From Podarcis pityusensis (taxonomy: Eukaryota), in NCBI GenBank assembly GCA_964106645.2, contig OZ067046.1: a DNA stretch of 64,000 nt. One strand, 5' to 3'. Positions 1 to 11,960 of the stretch are shown piece by piece. The position numbers were made by a program, and so were the translations under genes. The notes beneath the pieces are model-generated. The model was given only the letters and a program-made list of their open reading frames with translations, was not told the DNA's origin and did no database searches. How positions within the stretch are numbered: position 1 is the first letter of the stretch; each line of letters starts with the position of its first letter.

Positions 1-365
1 AGGAGGCTGCTATCCACAGCCATGGGAGCCCTGTGGGAACTCCCGCAGGGCTCTCCAGGCTGCGGATGTCTGCCCGAAGTGCTGGGCATTCTGCTTCAGC
101 GCGCCCACGCTCCGGGCAGCAGGCTGCGGATATCTTTCCGAAGCGCAGGGCGCTCTGCTTCAGCGCGCCCCGCGCTCCGGGAAGCAGGCTGCTATCCGCA
201 GCCTAGGGAGCCCTGCGGGAACTCCCGCGGGCTCCCCAGCCTTGCTGATAGCTTCCTGAAGCCTGGAGAGCAAGAGGGGTCGGTGCGCACCGACCCTTCT
301 CGCTCTCCAAGCTTCAGCGAAAGCCTGCATTCGCCCCATAGGACGCACACAGATTTCCCCTTCAC
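1..365. mobile_element. Fragment of a GC-rich non-autonomous DNA transposon (Tc1/mariner-pogo-like) with internal hairpin repeats
   Basis: Duplicated GC-rich units (about 4-64 and 186-241; about 74-130 and 138-195) and palindromes. Motif CATTCGCCCCATAGGACGCAC at 328-348 resembles the subterminal motif of pogo-like MITEs. Runs off the window edge and no terminal TIR is visible. Confidence 0.5.
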
Positions 366-1131
366 AGGTATCATGCGCACTAAAAGTCAGAAGGAGAGGA
401 GTCATTTCTGTATTGATAGTACAGGAATATGACATCAGCTTTTGCAGCAGGCAAGTGAGGAAAAATCAAGTCATTGAGACACTGAAGACGGGTTGGATTT
501 AGCTGAGATTAGTATCATCAAAGGAAGAGCCTATTGTGCACAGCAGAGAATATGTCAAATGCTACTGTTGGTACAGAGAATATCTTTCCTGACCTTTTGT
601 ATCAGCCTGGTTCACTCTGGAAAAATTAAATCCTACTGTAAATGCAGATCATTTGTTTCTTTTCTGTAGAAACGTGACTGATTTATTTGGCTGTGAGGCA
701 GAATGCTGGACTGCACAAATTGTTTGGGTGGGGGCTGGAGGAGAGTCAGGTCTGAACATCATGCGCTTGGAACATCTGTGACTGTGTCCCAGCTAAATTT
801 TCTAATTGGTTTAAATAGCAAGCAGGATGCCCATGCAGGAACCTTCTGCACCGCAGCATAATATTTTATGAACGGTTTTACATCCCTTGTGTGGAGCTTA
901 TTGTCTACCTCTTAGATGAACTTGGGATTGGCTGGGGAGAGCCACACATGAGTGAGTGTGCGAAGCACAGAATGTGCTATGTAAAACTGCTCATAAAACA
1001 TCATGTTCTAACCAGATGCTCGCTTAGGTTTACCTCTAAGAAATTGAGCTTAAATGCACAATGTATTGGCCATAGGGGAACAAATAACTTGACGTGTTCC
1101 ACTCCTTACTTTTTATTCACCTTTTATTCAC

Positions 1132-1271
1132 AATCATAGAATTGTAGGGTTGGAAAGGACCACAAGAGTCCTCTAATCCAGCCCCCCTGCAATGCAGGAA
1201 TCTTTTGCCCAACATGGGGCTTGAACCCACAACCCTGAGATTAAGAGTCTCATACTCTACCGACTCAGCTA
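1132..1271 (-). mobile_element. SINE with tRNA-Lys(CTT)-derived head and CR1-derived tail
   Basis: 1207-1271 is the reverse complement of a near-canonical vertebrate tRNA-Lys-CTT body, lacking the 5' acceptor strand. 1132-1200 is a CR1-type 3' end (AATCATAGAATTGTAG...TCCAGCCCCCCTGCAATGCAGG on +). Confidence 0.85.
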
Positions 1272-3659
1272 TTCAGATATTCGTAGAAATTAGATTTAGT
1301 CTTCTCCAGAAGCTAGATCAGAATGTCCTAGCAGTATATTATATGGTGGATAGTAAACACATCAAAATATATGAAACCGTCTGGTATTATCGATTAAGGC
1401 TATTGACCTAGCTGGGATTATAAAATCCACAAGGAGTCTCCAGGAGCACAAGGAAAGGAATTGGAGCTAGCATGTTTGTCGCCCCCCCCCCCAAGTGCTT
1501 GCTTAATTCAGAAGAAAAATGCCTGAAGAGGGATATAATGGTACTTCTAGGTCTATCCTCTCAAAATTCTCCCTCAGACTTCTTTCCCTGCCATTTGCCC
1601 ATGGGTGAAATTTGGCTTCAGTTCAAAAGAGTAGGAAATTTATCGTTGACATTGGCCAAGTCAGATTTTCTCCCTGGCAACAGAATAGCAGTATTGGAAA
1701 CTTGCAGCTTCCTGGCTATAGCCTTAATTTGTATCACAGCTGGGGCTGCCCTCAATAAGTACAGGAGTGAGAGCCTCATGCAACAGTGGAGAGAATCAGA
1801 TAATACACAATTCTTAATTATAAAATAATTTGCACTAGGGCAGACACTACTGAGCTGGTTCATCGAGGTTGCAGAAGTATAAAAGTTCTGTAAATGCAAT
1901 GAGAATACACACTGAGCCTGACTGGTTCTTATAAACAGAGTAGGATAAAACAGTATTAATGCAAAGAGGTCTGTTAAAGAAATAGTTATAGAAAACAAAC
2001 AGGAAACAGACTCTACAACTGCATTGACTCTGCTATTGAAAAGACAATACAAACATGAACATATCTATTTCATAGGATCAAAAGGAGGATTGTGTTAAAT
2101 TATATATCTTAAAAGGTTGGATGTTACTGGCCCATGACACTTCTCCCTTGTTTTTACCCATAATTCTATTCCATTCCATTTATTTAGTGATGCTGTGAAT
2201 TTAACGATAAAAATAATTGATGTGATAATGTTTACAAAAGTTCACTATGACTTGATTGCTCACCATCATGCAGTATGTTCTTGTTGATTTGGAATAAGTG
2301 CCTATTTTCCCCCAAAGGAAAAAACAAACAAACAAATCCTGGTGAAGTTCCAAGTCCCTGGAATCTCACCCTCTTTAGCAGAGATTGGGGTGGGCTACAA
2401 CAATATTGTGGGGCATGTCATTCCTGAGTCTTTCTTAGATCAGGAAATGTGGTTGGGCAAGCAGGCAGACAGGCAGCAGAGCGCTACCTTTTTAGAGAGG
2501 TGGAGATACACACCAACCATAGAGACCTCACATTGATGGGGAAAGCTCATAACCCTTTGCCTACCAAAATTCTAAACCAATTCTAAAGTGCCCTGATAAT
2601 GAGCTAGAAAAATGGAAAGCTTTTTCATGAGGAAAAGGAAACCTTTAAGAAATTGGAGGGCCAATTTCAGCACAGGATGGTAAGCCAGTCAAATATGGGA
2701 ATGTATGTGCTCATTCAGTACATTTTATCATGGGCCTTCTTGGTTAAAGCACCCTAGATGTGGAACTCTCACACACAGGACATGCTGTACTGTTGTTCCT
2801 GATATTAACTGTGTTTTTATGTCCATGTCAGATGTTTATTTTCCATCAGTTTTACTGAAGTTGCTCTGCTCTGGAAAAAAACCTTCCTATGTCAATAAGT
2901 ATCAGGCTGATTCATCTATGAATTTTGCTGAAAAAAGGTAGAACACACAATATTTACAATAGATATCAAATGCTTGCATTTGATAGTGAGTGGCCTGTAC
3001 TTCTCTACAAAAAGTACAATCAATACATCCTTACTATAGTCAGATGTTTGTATTGTACCTAAACAAGCAAATTCACAAACCAACTATAGTGCCATTCATC
3101 ACTACAACTAAGTAGGTCTTGACCTGTCAGGCATCTGAGTAGAGAGGCTTTGTGAGAATTTAATACATACTCTTCTGAGTTTCTGAGGAACAAAGAAATA
3201 CAGATGTAATAGTACTTAGTAGAACTAAACTACCATGTACTATAGTTTCAGTGGATGGAGATGATTCAGCAACTATCAATTGTTGGTCATAGATGAGCAG
3301 TGAGTAACACTCATCTTTTATATTGCACAAAAGATCTTTGTATTAATTCTTATGTATAAGAGGACTGTGCTGCACTCACTATGACCACTTTCTTTTAAAA
3401 AAAAATGGGGGGGGGATTAATAATGTTATGAATAGAGAATTTCACATGGAAATAGATAACTTATAAGGAAAGTAAACAAATAATGGATTATTTTTCTTAT
3501 CAAAAGAAAAAAGTTTGTAACTAGTAAATTTCACTAAGATCACTCAAGTATCATTATCTACACTTAAAGAAGAATAACCATTGTTTGCACCAGAAAGTAG
3601 CATTAACATTTAACAGATATTTAGTTAGAAGCGAACACTGGATGCAGTAGGTGTTAGAC

Positions 3660-3795
3660 CAGGCTTTCTCAACCTCAGCTCTCCAGATGTTTTGAGACTA
3701 CAATTTCCATCATCCCTGACCACTGGTCCTGCTAGCTAGGGATCATGGGAGTTGTAGGCCAAAAACATCTGGAGGGCCGAGGTTGAGGAAGCCTG
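3660..3795. mobile_element. Palindromic hAT-type MITE
   Basis: Long terminal inverted repeats (TIRs) CAGGCTTTCTCAACCTC... / ...GAGGTTGAGGAAGCCTG. 8-bp TSD TGTTAGAC (3652-3659) / TATTAGAC (3796-3803). Confidence 0.85.
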
Positions 3796-6206
3796 TATTA
3801 GACACATTTCCATTCCCCTTTTTGTTCTTTTGTTCATTTTGCCTCTGCGTTTTGATTCTTCTGAATTCCATTTTTTGTGTGGATGTGTTGCTTGCACAAA
3901 GGAACAACACAGCTGCACAAAGGACTGGGGGGGCAACATGTTTAGTCCTGCCCCCTCCCGAGGTTGTGTGGCTTCTCTGTGCCCCTCATAGGTTGAAAAT
4001 TAGCCTGAGCAAAGAGCCTTTCCTATCCATGTAGACTCCACATGAGATAGAGCTCTGATCTTCCAGAGTTCCAAATCATGTGGGGAGCCGGTAGGGAGGG
4101 GGAAATTGCATGACTTCACACATAGGGGTCTGCATGTGCTTAAGTTGCCAGAGTTTCTTTTTATTCTTGGTCAGGACATCAGTACATTTGCCTCCTATTT
4201 TTCTGTGTGGAAACTGTAGATAGCATGAAATGGTAAGATGTTTTTCAGATCAATACTAATGCAGCTTATGATGTATTGTTTTCTTCTGTGTTCCATTGTA
4301 TAATCAGTGCAGTCATACTATACACACAAAGCAAAACAGATGACTTCCAGCAACATTTTGTAGGCCTTTCAGTGAATCAGATTTCTTGATGATATCATAG
4401 CTTCTCTTTTTCAAAGATGAATATTTAAAAGGCAGATCTGTCAAAGGTATATAATCCAAAAACTATTGTTTACAGAAACAGATTGATTTCATGAATATCA
4501 TCACAATTTCAGTCCTGCGTATTGTCTCATTTCCGGGCTCCATATCTTAGCTCACTTTTTTTTCTTTTTCTTTTTTAAAAAGTGGCTGATCTGCATTTTA
4601 TACTTTGTGCACCAGCAGCCCTCTATCCAGTGTCAGTAGCACAATTTCCCATGCCTATGTGATACAGTGGATTGAGGATAGCCTTGCTACAGGGGACAAC
4701 CATTCTAACAGCGGACTTTGCAGTACTGTTTGTTGTTCCTTTATTGTCTTTCCAACATAGCTGAACCACAGTGGGTCTGAAAAAGCAAAATATTTCTGCA
4801 TCAAAATGTAGTGAATCGATTCATTGTTGTGCATTGCTGAAGTTGCACCTTGTGGACTTAAAAAAAATATGCTTGCTGTACAAGGAATGCAAAAATAAAC
4901 CTCCATGTAGTGAATGAAACTGTAAATATAATAAGCTGTTAACTATATTGATCTCTTCTGCATTCACAGAGATTGAGAAGAAGAAAGAGAATTAAAATGG
5001 AGATAGGAGATTGAAATTGTCAAGTCTGCTGGCCATTCCACCATTTTCATAATCCTATTCTTTATGGACTTAGCAAGGCTGTTTTATTGATGTTGATTAC
5101 ATTTCATGAATCTTTCAATAACTGCCTTTTGAAGAAGATAGTATGCATATTTTAATGAAATGCAATACACTGAACCGTGCATTATATTAGAGCAGTAAGT
5201 TAACACAGTAGTTCCTTTATCATTTTAATATGGGGAACAAAGAGAGGGGAAGACATTGTCTTGCATACATGAAAGGGGGGAATAATTATATAAGGGGAGA
5301 AAACATTGGTTCCCCCCCCCCTTTTGATGTGAAGGGATAATTCTGCAAAGAACCCCCATCCAGAACAGCAGTGTTATTTATGACAACGTTGGAGGGTCAT
5401 AATACCCACCCAGAAATATGGCAGATTTCAGTGATGTTTCAAAGATATTTGTGATACCTGATAAGAGAGAGCAGGGAAATCAAAGCAACAGCATTATCCA
5501 TTTCATAGTGAACCGGTGCCACATCCATTTGAGCCTATAAAAAGTAGGACTGTGCACCAGATTCAATCAAATCCCATATTCTGAACCAAATCAGGCCAAT
5601 TTGGAGGGAAGCTTGGACCAAATCATATCAAGACAACTCAACTCTGGATTGAATTGGGCCATGTAAGCCTGCCTGGAGTGATCTAGGACTGTCAGTGGCT
5701 GGGGTGAGTGGTGAGAAGGGTACAGGATATGTGCTTTGTCCTTGCATGTCCCACAGTGACTAGACAAAATAAGTAGTGCCTCTCATCTGCAGAATTCAAA
5801 GACACTTATTCTCCACCCCTTGCAGCTGAGAGCTGAGGGTTTGATTCTATGGATGCTGCTTCTGAAGTGCCTTCCCTGTAGAGTGTGGCTTTGGAGAACC
5901 TGGGGCAGAGGCTGGTGGTCCTGGATAATTGGAACAGTTGTGTTGTGACCCACTGCATCTTTCCACCCATCTATTTTCATAGTTATTAATATTTGGATCA
6001 GTGAAAAGAGATCAATGTGTCCGAATAAGTCATGGAGCCCAAAGGACACACCCTGAAGCTTTGCTTAAATATAGAAATTCAATTATTTGCCTAGTTTTTT
6101 CATAGCTTTTTACTTCTTTTCTTAACATGCAGTTATTCATCTCTGTTCTTTTAAACTTCAATAATGTAAGCCTTAGAACCATATACATTATTTCTGAAAT
6201 TGCATG

Positions 6207-6262
<56 letters not shown>

Positions 6263-6264
6263 TC
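6207..6264 (+). repeat. (TTTC)n microsatellite
   Basis: About 14 direct TTTC units. Confidence 0.95.
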
Positions 6265-7942
6265 ATTTTTTTAAAACTGCCTCCAGCTCTCTTTCCCCCT
6301 CCAACATGCTTTAAAAATGTATCCATGACATTTTGAAGGGAATGGCAGTACATGAACTTTTCACATAAGGGGATGACTCCTCCACCATGAAAGAAACGTA
6401 GTCATTGTGCTCAGAAACCGGATTGTCTCTCTCAGCCCATTTTTAAGACCTTCCATTAAATTAAAAGTGAAAAAGTCAAGTGTACTACTTGCACCTTATT
6501 CTGCGTGTGATTGAGAGCTGGTCATTCACATTTTGAAGGGCTGGGAAAGATTATAAAGATAGTACCATGAGAAGTGCCTATTTCATCTAAAGTGTATCTG
6601 TTCTTTTGTGTTATACATTATACATCAGAGTGATATTTGAAGGGAGATTTATTATAATCTCTGGCGGGATGCTTTGTACATTTATAATGCAAAGCTTTTA
6701 TCTCAAATTCAGAGCATTATTTTAGAATAAATGTGCACTGTTTCATCGAGACAAGCCTACTTCTACTCAACAAGTGTCTATGTGAACTGAAAGTCTAGGC
6801 TTACGTTGATGGGGAGTGAATAGGGATGATGAAGGAAGAAGATGCTGGGGTCTTTGCTTTATTTCAGAGCCATGGCATTAAATTTCATTGGGTGCACATA
6901 TCTGCAGCACTCTGTGAAGAAAACATCCAGTCAATGTATTGTGGCTTCTCTGGGTCTTTTAGAGTCCCATGGTCAAAATGGTGAACAGGAGGGACTTCCA
7001 GGGTGGCGCCATTGGTAATGGCGGACTCCCTCTGATCCAGAGGGACTGGCTCTACGGGAATCGGGTCTGTTCCGCTACGGCGAAGCGGGGACCCTTGAAA
7101 AAATCACAGGCGGGTGAAGCCTGTGACCGTGGGACTCGGCGGGCACCTTTTGCGCCCCCCCAATCTGCAAAGGAGCTCAATTACGGGCTCCGGAGTGAAG
7201 CGGGGAAGTGGCGCGGTGCTGAGAGTCAACTGCTTCTTCCGTGGAGCGAAGCTGCACAGCCGTTACCGGAGAGCGCTACCTTTTTCCTGTGACAATTTGG
7301 CTACAAAACAACTACCCGTGAGTAGGTTAATTTCAGGAAAAAAGGAGAACAAAGACATAATTTGATACCGAAGCGGGGAGGCATAAACAGGAAGTCTGCC
7401 TTCCGTTCTTTGTAAATAGAGTAAAGCAACGAACGTGTAAGCTAAAACTTTGAAAGACGCTTGAAAAGGACTACAATTCTAACATCAAAACAAGTGATCT
7501 CCCCCCTTGGCTGCAGGAGAGGAGGGGGGAAAGGTGTGAACTGTATTTCCCTGCAAAAAGAGAGGAAAGGAAGCTAAAATCCACCGCTTAAAACCTGGGA
7601 ACGGGATGCCAATGGACAATAAGAATGCCGTACTGTGAAATGCGCTGTTGGTGAATAGAGTACTTTTTGACAGCTAACTCTGCAAGGGAGATACAATGTT
7701 TCCGGCTAGCTTTTCCTGGTTTTAAAGTAACTGGAAAATAACTGAAATTGAAACTGTTGTCTATTTTGTGAATTGGGGGATTAAAAAAGGTTTTGTTTTT
7801 TTTAAGGCAACAACTTCTGACTGCTACTGTGTCCCCCTAGAGGAAGCTTGAAACTATTACAATAACAACTGGGCCAGGGGAATTTTCCACTTCAAAACAA
7901 ATTCTGGCCGTGGGACTGACCTTGGGCTTTAACTAGAGTGTT

Positions 7943-8245
7943 ATGGCAGATTTGCCGCACGAAAAAACAACGAGGTCTGGTAGATCTTTTCGCCCAGACG
8001 TTGGGCTGCAGCAAAGAGCATCAACATCTGGCCCCTCTGGCCCCTCTGCATCATCAGGGGCTGCATTTGTACAACCTAAAGGAATGGCATCCGAAGATGT
8101 TTTAGCTCAGGCATTAGGTAAAATTAATGAATCTCTGGAAAAACTAAGTAAACAAGTAGCTGAAGCATCAATCAAAATTGATCAAAATACTACAAGTATC
8201 AACAATTTGGGACAGAAGGTAAATACTAATACAGAAACTATTGAG
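7943..8245 (+). pseudogene. L1 ORF1 N-terminal (coiled-coil) portion
   Basis: First long ORF after a ~950-bp 5'UTR. Heptad-like stretch LGKINESLEKLSKQVAEASIKIDQNTTSINNLGQKV. Runs out of frame into ORF2 sequence at about 8246. Confidence 0.6.
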
Positions 8246-8246
8246 A

Positions 8247-8420
8247 TGGAAGACACAAGATCTACCCACTCTGGAAGAATGGCAGATGAAGGTGATGGAC
8301 TATATGGAACTGGCGGAAATGACTGGCAGAATCCGAGACCAGGGAGAAGAGTTGGTGGAAGAAGATTGGAAGAAATTTAAAGACTACTTACAGAAATACT
8401 GTAAAATTAATGAATGTTAG
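8247..8420 (+). pseudogene. L1 ORF2 C-terminal 57 codons
   Basis: WKTQDLPTLEEWQMKVMDYMELAEMTGRIRDQGEELVEEDWKKFKDYLQKYCKINEC*; 54 of 57 residues identical to the minus-strand copy at 19251-19424. Confidence 0.8.
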
Positions 8421-8783
8421 AACGATGTCAGAATGAAGATACATGGTTTTAGCAGCAATATTACAAAGGAGTATGTAAAAATGGATTGTTAACAGGTGAG
8501 AATCTAAAGTTACAATATATTAAATTAAAGGATTAGGATAAAAACAAAGAGGGAAAGGATTTGCTGAATTAGCTAACTGGATTGGAATACAAAAAAGGGA
8601 GGTGTGAGGAGGTTAGGGAAACAAGTAAATGAAAGACAAGACATGGAAAGACTGATTTGTTTTTAAATGCTTTTACTTTTCTGTATTTTGTATTTTTTTC
8701 TTTTTTTCTTCTCTTTTTCCTATTTTTGTAACCTTTTTTTGAAACTTCAATAAATATCATTTTCAAAAAAAAACCAAAATGGT

Positions 8784-8964
8784 GAACAGGAAACTTCCTT
8801 ATACTGAGGTCCATCCAGTTCAGTATTGTCTGGACTTACTGGCAGTAGTTCTCTGGGATTTGGGTCAAGGGACATTCCTGGTCTTTCACTGAGATGCTGA
8901 GGATTGAACTTAAGATCTTCTGCATGCAAAACCAGTGTTCTGCCACTGAGCTATGGCCCTTCCC
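8784..8964 (-). mobile_element. Squam3-like tRNA-derived SINE
   Basis: Reverse complement begins GGGGAAGGGCCATAGCTCAGTGGCAGAAC (A box), has a GTTCAATCC B box and ends ...CTCAGTATAAGGAAGTTTCCTGTTC. The L1 TSD overlaps its tail. Confidence 0.75.
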
Positions 8965-9533
8965 CATTAACAACAGTGTGAGATTCTGCCATAATAAGTA
9001 CATGGAAGGTTAGGGCCATGGGAGGCAATTACCTGTGCAATTCTAGGTTCATACAAAATGTTTTATGGATGATTGGAATGTACACACCCAAAGGCCAATC
9101 CTATGTCACACCATGTGTACAATATGTAGACATCAGGAGTATGTGACTCATCCCTCAAAATTAATACAATGTGTAAACTAAACAATGTTTAGAAGCTAAT
9201 GAAATTGTTTTTATGTATGTAGAACAGTGCTAAGTGTGGGGAGCAAAAGCTGGCCCTGAGGCGGGCAATATTGGGGAAAGGGGTATAATTAAGGATTCTG
9301 AGGCTTACAATGGCTGTAGGCTGGTGACCTTTCACCCTCATTTCAATAACAATGATGAGGATACCACTATTTTTCCAAATTATCACCAGCAATCAAAAGG
9401 ACATGGTATAATTATATATAGAATTGCTATCTTCTCCATCCATTGACCACATCCAATAACAGAGGTGGCATCCTATGAAAATTCATACTGCTATGAAAAC
9501 TCAAGCAACAATAAACCAGTTTAAACTCTAAGG

Positions 9534-9855
9534 CAGGGGTCAGCAAACTTTTTCAGTAGGGGCCCGGTCCACTGTCCCTCAGACCTTGTGGGGGGCTGGA
9601 CTATAATTTTTTTGGGGGGGATAAACAAATTCCTAGGCCCCACAAATAACCCAGAGATGCATTTGAAATAAAAGCACACATTCTACTCATGTAAAAACAC
9701 CAGGCAGGTCCCACAAATAACCCAGAGATGCATTTGAAATAAAAGGACCCATTCTACTCATGTAAAAACACGCTGATTCCCAGAACGTCTGCAGGCCAGA
9801 TTTAGAAGGCGATTGGGCCAGATCCAGGCCCCGGGCCTTAGTTTGCCTACCCATG
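9534..9855. mobile_element. hAT (Charlie-like) non-autonomous DNA transposon
   Basis: Perfect 8-bp TSD CTCTAAGG (9526-9533 / 9856-9863). TIRs CAGGGGTCAGCAAACT / AGTTTGCCTACCCATG. Internal ~62-bp tandem duplication (9639-9700 / 9710-9771). Confidence 0.9.
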
Positions 9856-10011
9856 CTCTAAGGTGTCAAAATCCTTTCTTTTTCTTTTTCTGCTCTTCCC
9901 AAAGATATACGTATGCAGTTACCTGCAATGCCGTCCTTTGCACCCGATCTAAAACTTCTAGAGTCTCAAGTAGAAAAATCTACAAATGGTTCTAATTCAC
10001 TGACAATTCAG

Positions 10012-10804
10012 ACTATGGAAAAGGGGCTGATTTGTCGAGAAGGGTCAAAAACACTGTCAAGTTGGAGTTTCCACGAGTGAAAGGAACAGGAGATAAAGTA
10101 AAGTACAGGTATAAATATGAAGAAGAGCTGCGGAAGGGACATGGAAGAGATTTAAGGGCCTCGGACATAAGATTACCAGGTTAATGAACTAGATTGATGG
10201 GATAGAAAGGACTGACAAAACCCGGGACCAGGAGGAAGAGATGCTGGATGAAGATTGGAAGAAATTTTTTATTATTATTATTAGGATTGTTTTATAAAAT
10301 TGATGAATGTTAGAAAAATGTTGGAACGAAATTATTTGGCTTTAGCAAAAAGGTTAAAAGAATTATGTAAGAATATGTTATGGTTATGAGAAATTGGTAT
10401 AAATAAGATCTAAGTTTTAAGTCCTAAGGTTTTTTATAGTAAGATAAGGTTAAAATAGATTAATGTAATGTGATGACAGAATATTATGAAAAATGGAAAG
10501 GATTTGCTGTGACTATTAATAACTAGGATACAAAAAAAGGGAGGAGTGAGGGGGTCAAAGAAAGAAGGTAATGACAGTCAAGGATATGAGAATATTGGAT
10601 TTGTTTTTAAATTTTTGTGGCTTATTTTTGTTTTTTGATTGTGTTCTGTTACGTGCTTTGTTCTTATTTTTTGATTTTGATTTTTATCAATTTGTACTGC
10701 TGGATTGTGGTTTGTTTGTTTGTTTTGTTTTGTTTTTTCTCTTTCTTTTTCTTCTCTGTTTTTTCTGTAACTTTAAAACTCTTAATAAATATCATTAAAA
10801 AAAA
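10012..10804 (+). mobile_element. L1-related 3' retroposed copy with decayed ORF2 tail
   Basis: Perfect 19-bp TSD TAATTCACTGACAATTCAG (9993-10011 / 10805-10823). AATAAA and A-tail. RDQEEEMLDEDWKKF at about 10223-10267 is homologous to the L1 ORF2 end. Confidence 0.75.
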
Positions 10805-11507
10805 TAATTCACTGACAATTCAGTGTCTATTTAACACCGAAAGAGATTGAAACATTGGTAATTAATGTCCTGGGAGATTTAAGAGGGCATATGCACATAT
10901 TTGTAGATGCATTAGTATTTGCTGGCAGTGTTCAAACATTTCCAATAAAGTGAAATGTGATTTGGGCCATATGTTTCCTGGTTTCTTAATTGGTAATCAG
11001 TCTCATTGAGGGCAAGATTTATATGCTGGAAAGTAGTAAGGAGATAGTAAGGTAAAACACTGATGAAGGGACACATTAGGGAGGGTGTCTGCTCCCTGGA
11101 GGGGGCTGCTCATAATGACACAGATACAATACACACACAGTCCTGCAGGCTGTCAGTCACAGGATTATCGGAGAGCAGATGGCTTGGTGTCTCAGCTCCT
11201 CACACACGTTTTCCCCATACAACCTGTCACAAGAATTATTGTAAGGACTCCCCTATGTCTGATAAAGGGCATATTGTGATTGAGTTCATAGCCATGAATA
11301 GGATAAGAGCTGCTGAGGCACTGCACCTTCAAATATCTACATCTTTTCAGCTGAGTGGATCTATTTGTGTGACAGACTTTGCAGCCGGCTGATCTGACAA
11401 TGGTGGTGGCCGGAGGTGATGACAAGGGGCTCTGTGATGAGGATGACTTTGTGAGTGGGTCTGGTGAGCTATTTGCTTGGAAGGAATCATTTCTCACTCA
11501 CAACAAG

Positions 11508-11688
11508 AAGAACATAGGAAGCTTTCTTATCGCAAGTCAGACAGTTGGTCCATCTAGCTTAGCATTGTCTACACTGACTGGCAGTGGTTTTGCAGGTTTA
11601 AGACAGCAGGATAAAATCCGCCCTACCTGAAGATGCCAGGGAGTGAACCTTATGAATGCCTGCAGATGCTGTATCACTGAGCTACAGT
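11508..11688 (-). mobile_element. Squam3-like SINE
   Basis: AAGAACATAGGAAGCTTTCTTAT...GGTCCATCTAGC...CACTGAGCTACA, same layout as the copy at 8784-8964. Confidence 0.7.
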
Positions 11689-11784
11689 GGGCTCAGGGTC
11701 TAACTATAAAACTGCTTCAGTAGCACTCAAAATATTTACTCTCATTGTTCCCATTCTAGTCAGTTTCCCTTTCCACAGACAACC

Positions 11785-11960
11785 ACTGAGCCTCTAGTGA
11801 CAAAGATGTATCCAGGAATACCCCCAAGCTACGCACTTGCTGCTTCAGAAGGAGTGCAACTCTATCCAGAACAGGTAAGTTTCCTATCCCTTGAACATGG
11901 GAACCACCTCTCCAAAGAGCCTCCATCTTCCCAAGATTCAAGCACTGCTTAGTGGCCTTC
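11785..11960 (-). mobile_element. Old L2 RT fragment
   Basis: Minus-strand translation LPVLDRVALLLKQQVRSLGVFLDTSLSLEAQ parallels VKSLGVIFDTSLSMEAQ in the adjacent young L2. Confidence 0.6.

Larger units (their letters stand above)
6991..8774 (+). mobile_element. L1-clade LINE, internally deleted (5'UTR + ORF1 N-terminus + ORF2 C-terminus + 3'UTR + polyA)
   Basis: Perfect 17-bp TSD CAAAATGGTGAACAGGA (6974-6990 / 8775-8791). CpG-rich 5' end GGGACTTCC...ATGGCGG. AATAAA at 8749 and an A-tail. 8247-8420 matches the ORF2 end of the L1 fragment at 19251-19424. Confidence 0.85.

Noticed and set aside
22-435. Overlapping 62-136 aa ORFs
   Set aside because: They arise from GC-rich palindromic repeats; no recognisable domain.
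1207-1271. Functional tRNA-Lys gene
   Set aside because: The 5' acceptor strand is missing, CpG decay is present, and it is fused to a CR1 tail. It is a SINE head. The same applies to the tRNA-Ile-like piece at 18610.
6030-6353. Low-complexity ORFs (KERK / SFFL repeats)
   Set aside because: Translations of the (TTTC)n microsatellite.
9639-9771. 62-bp direct repeats as a CRISPR-like array
   Set aside because: Only two units, inside a hAT MITE in a vertebrate genome; no spacer series or cas genes.
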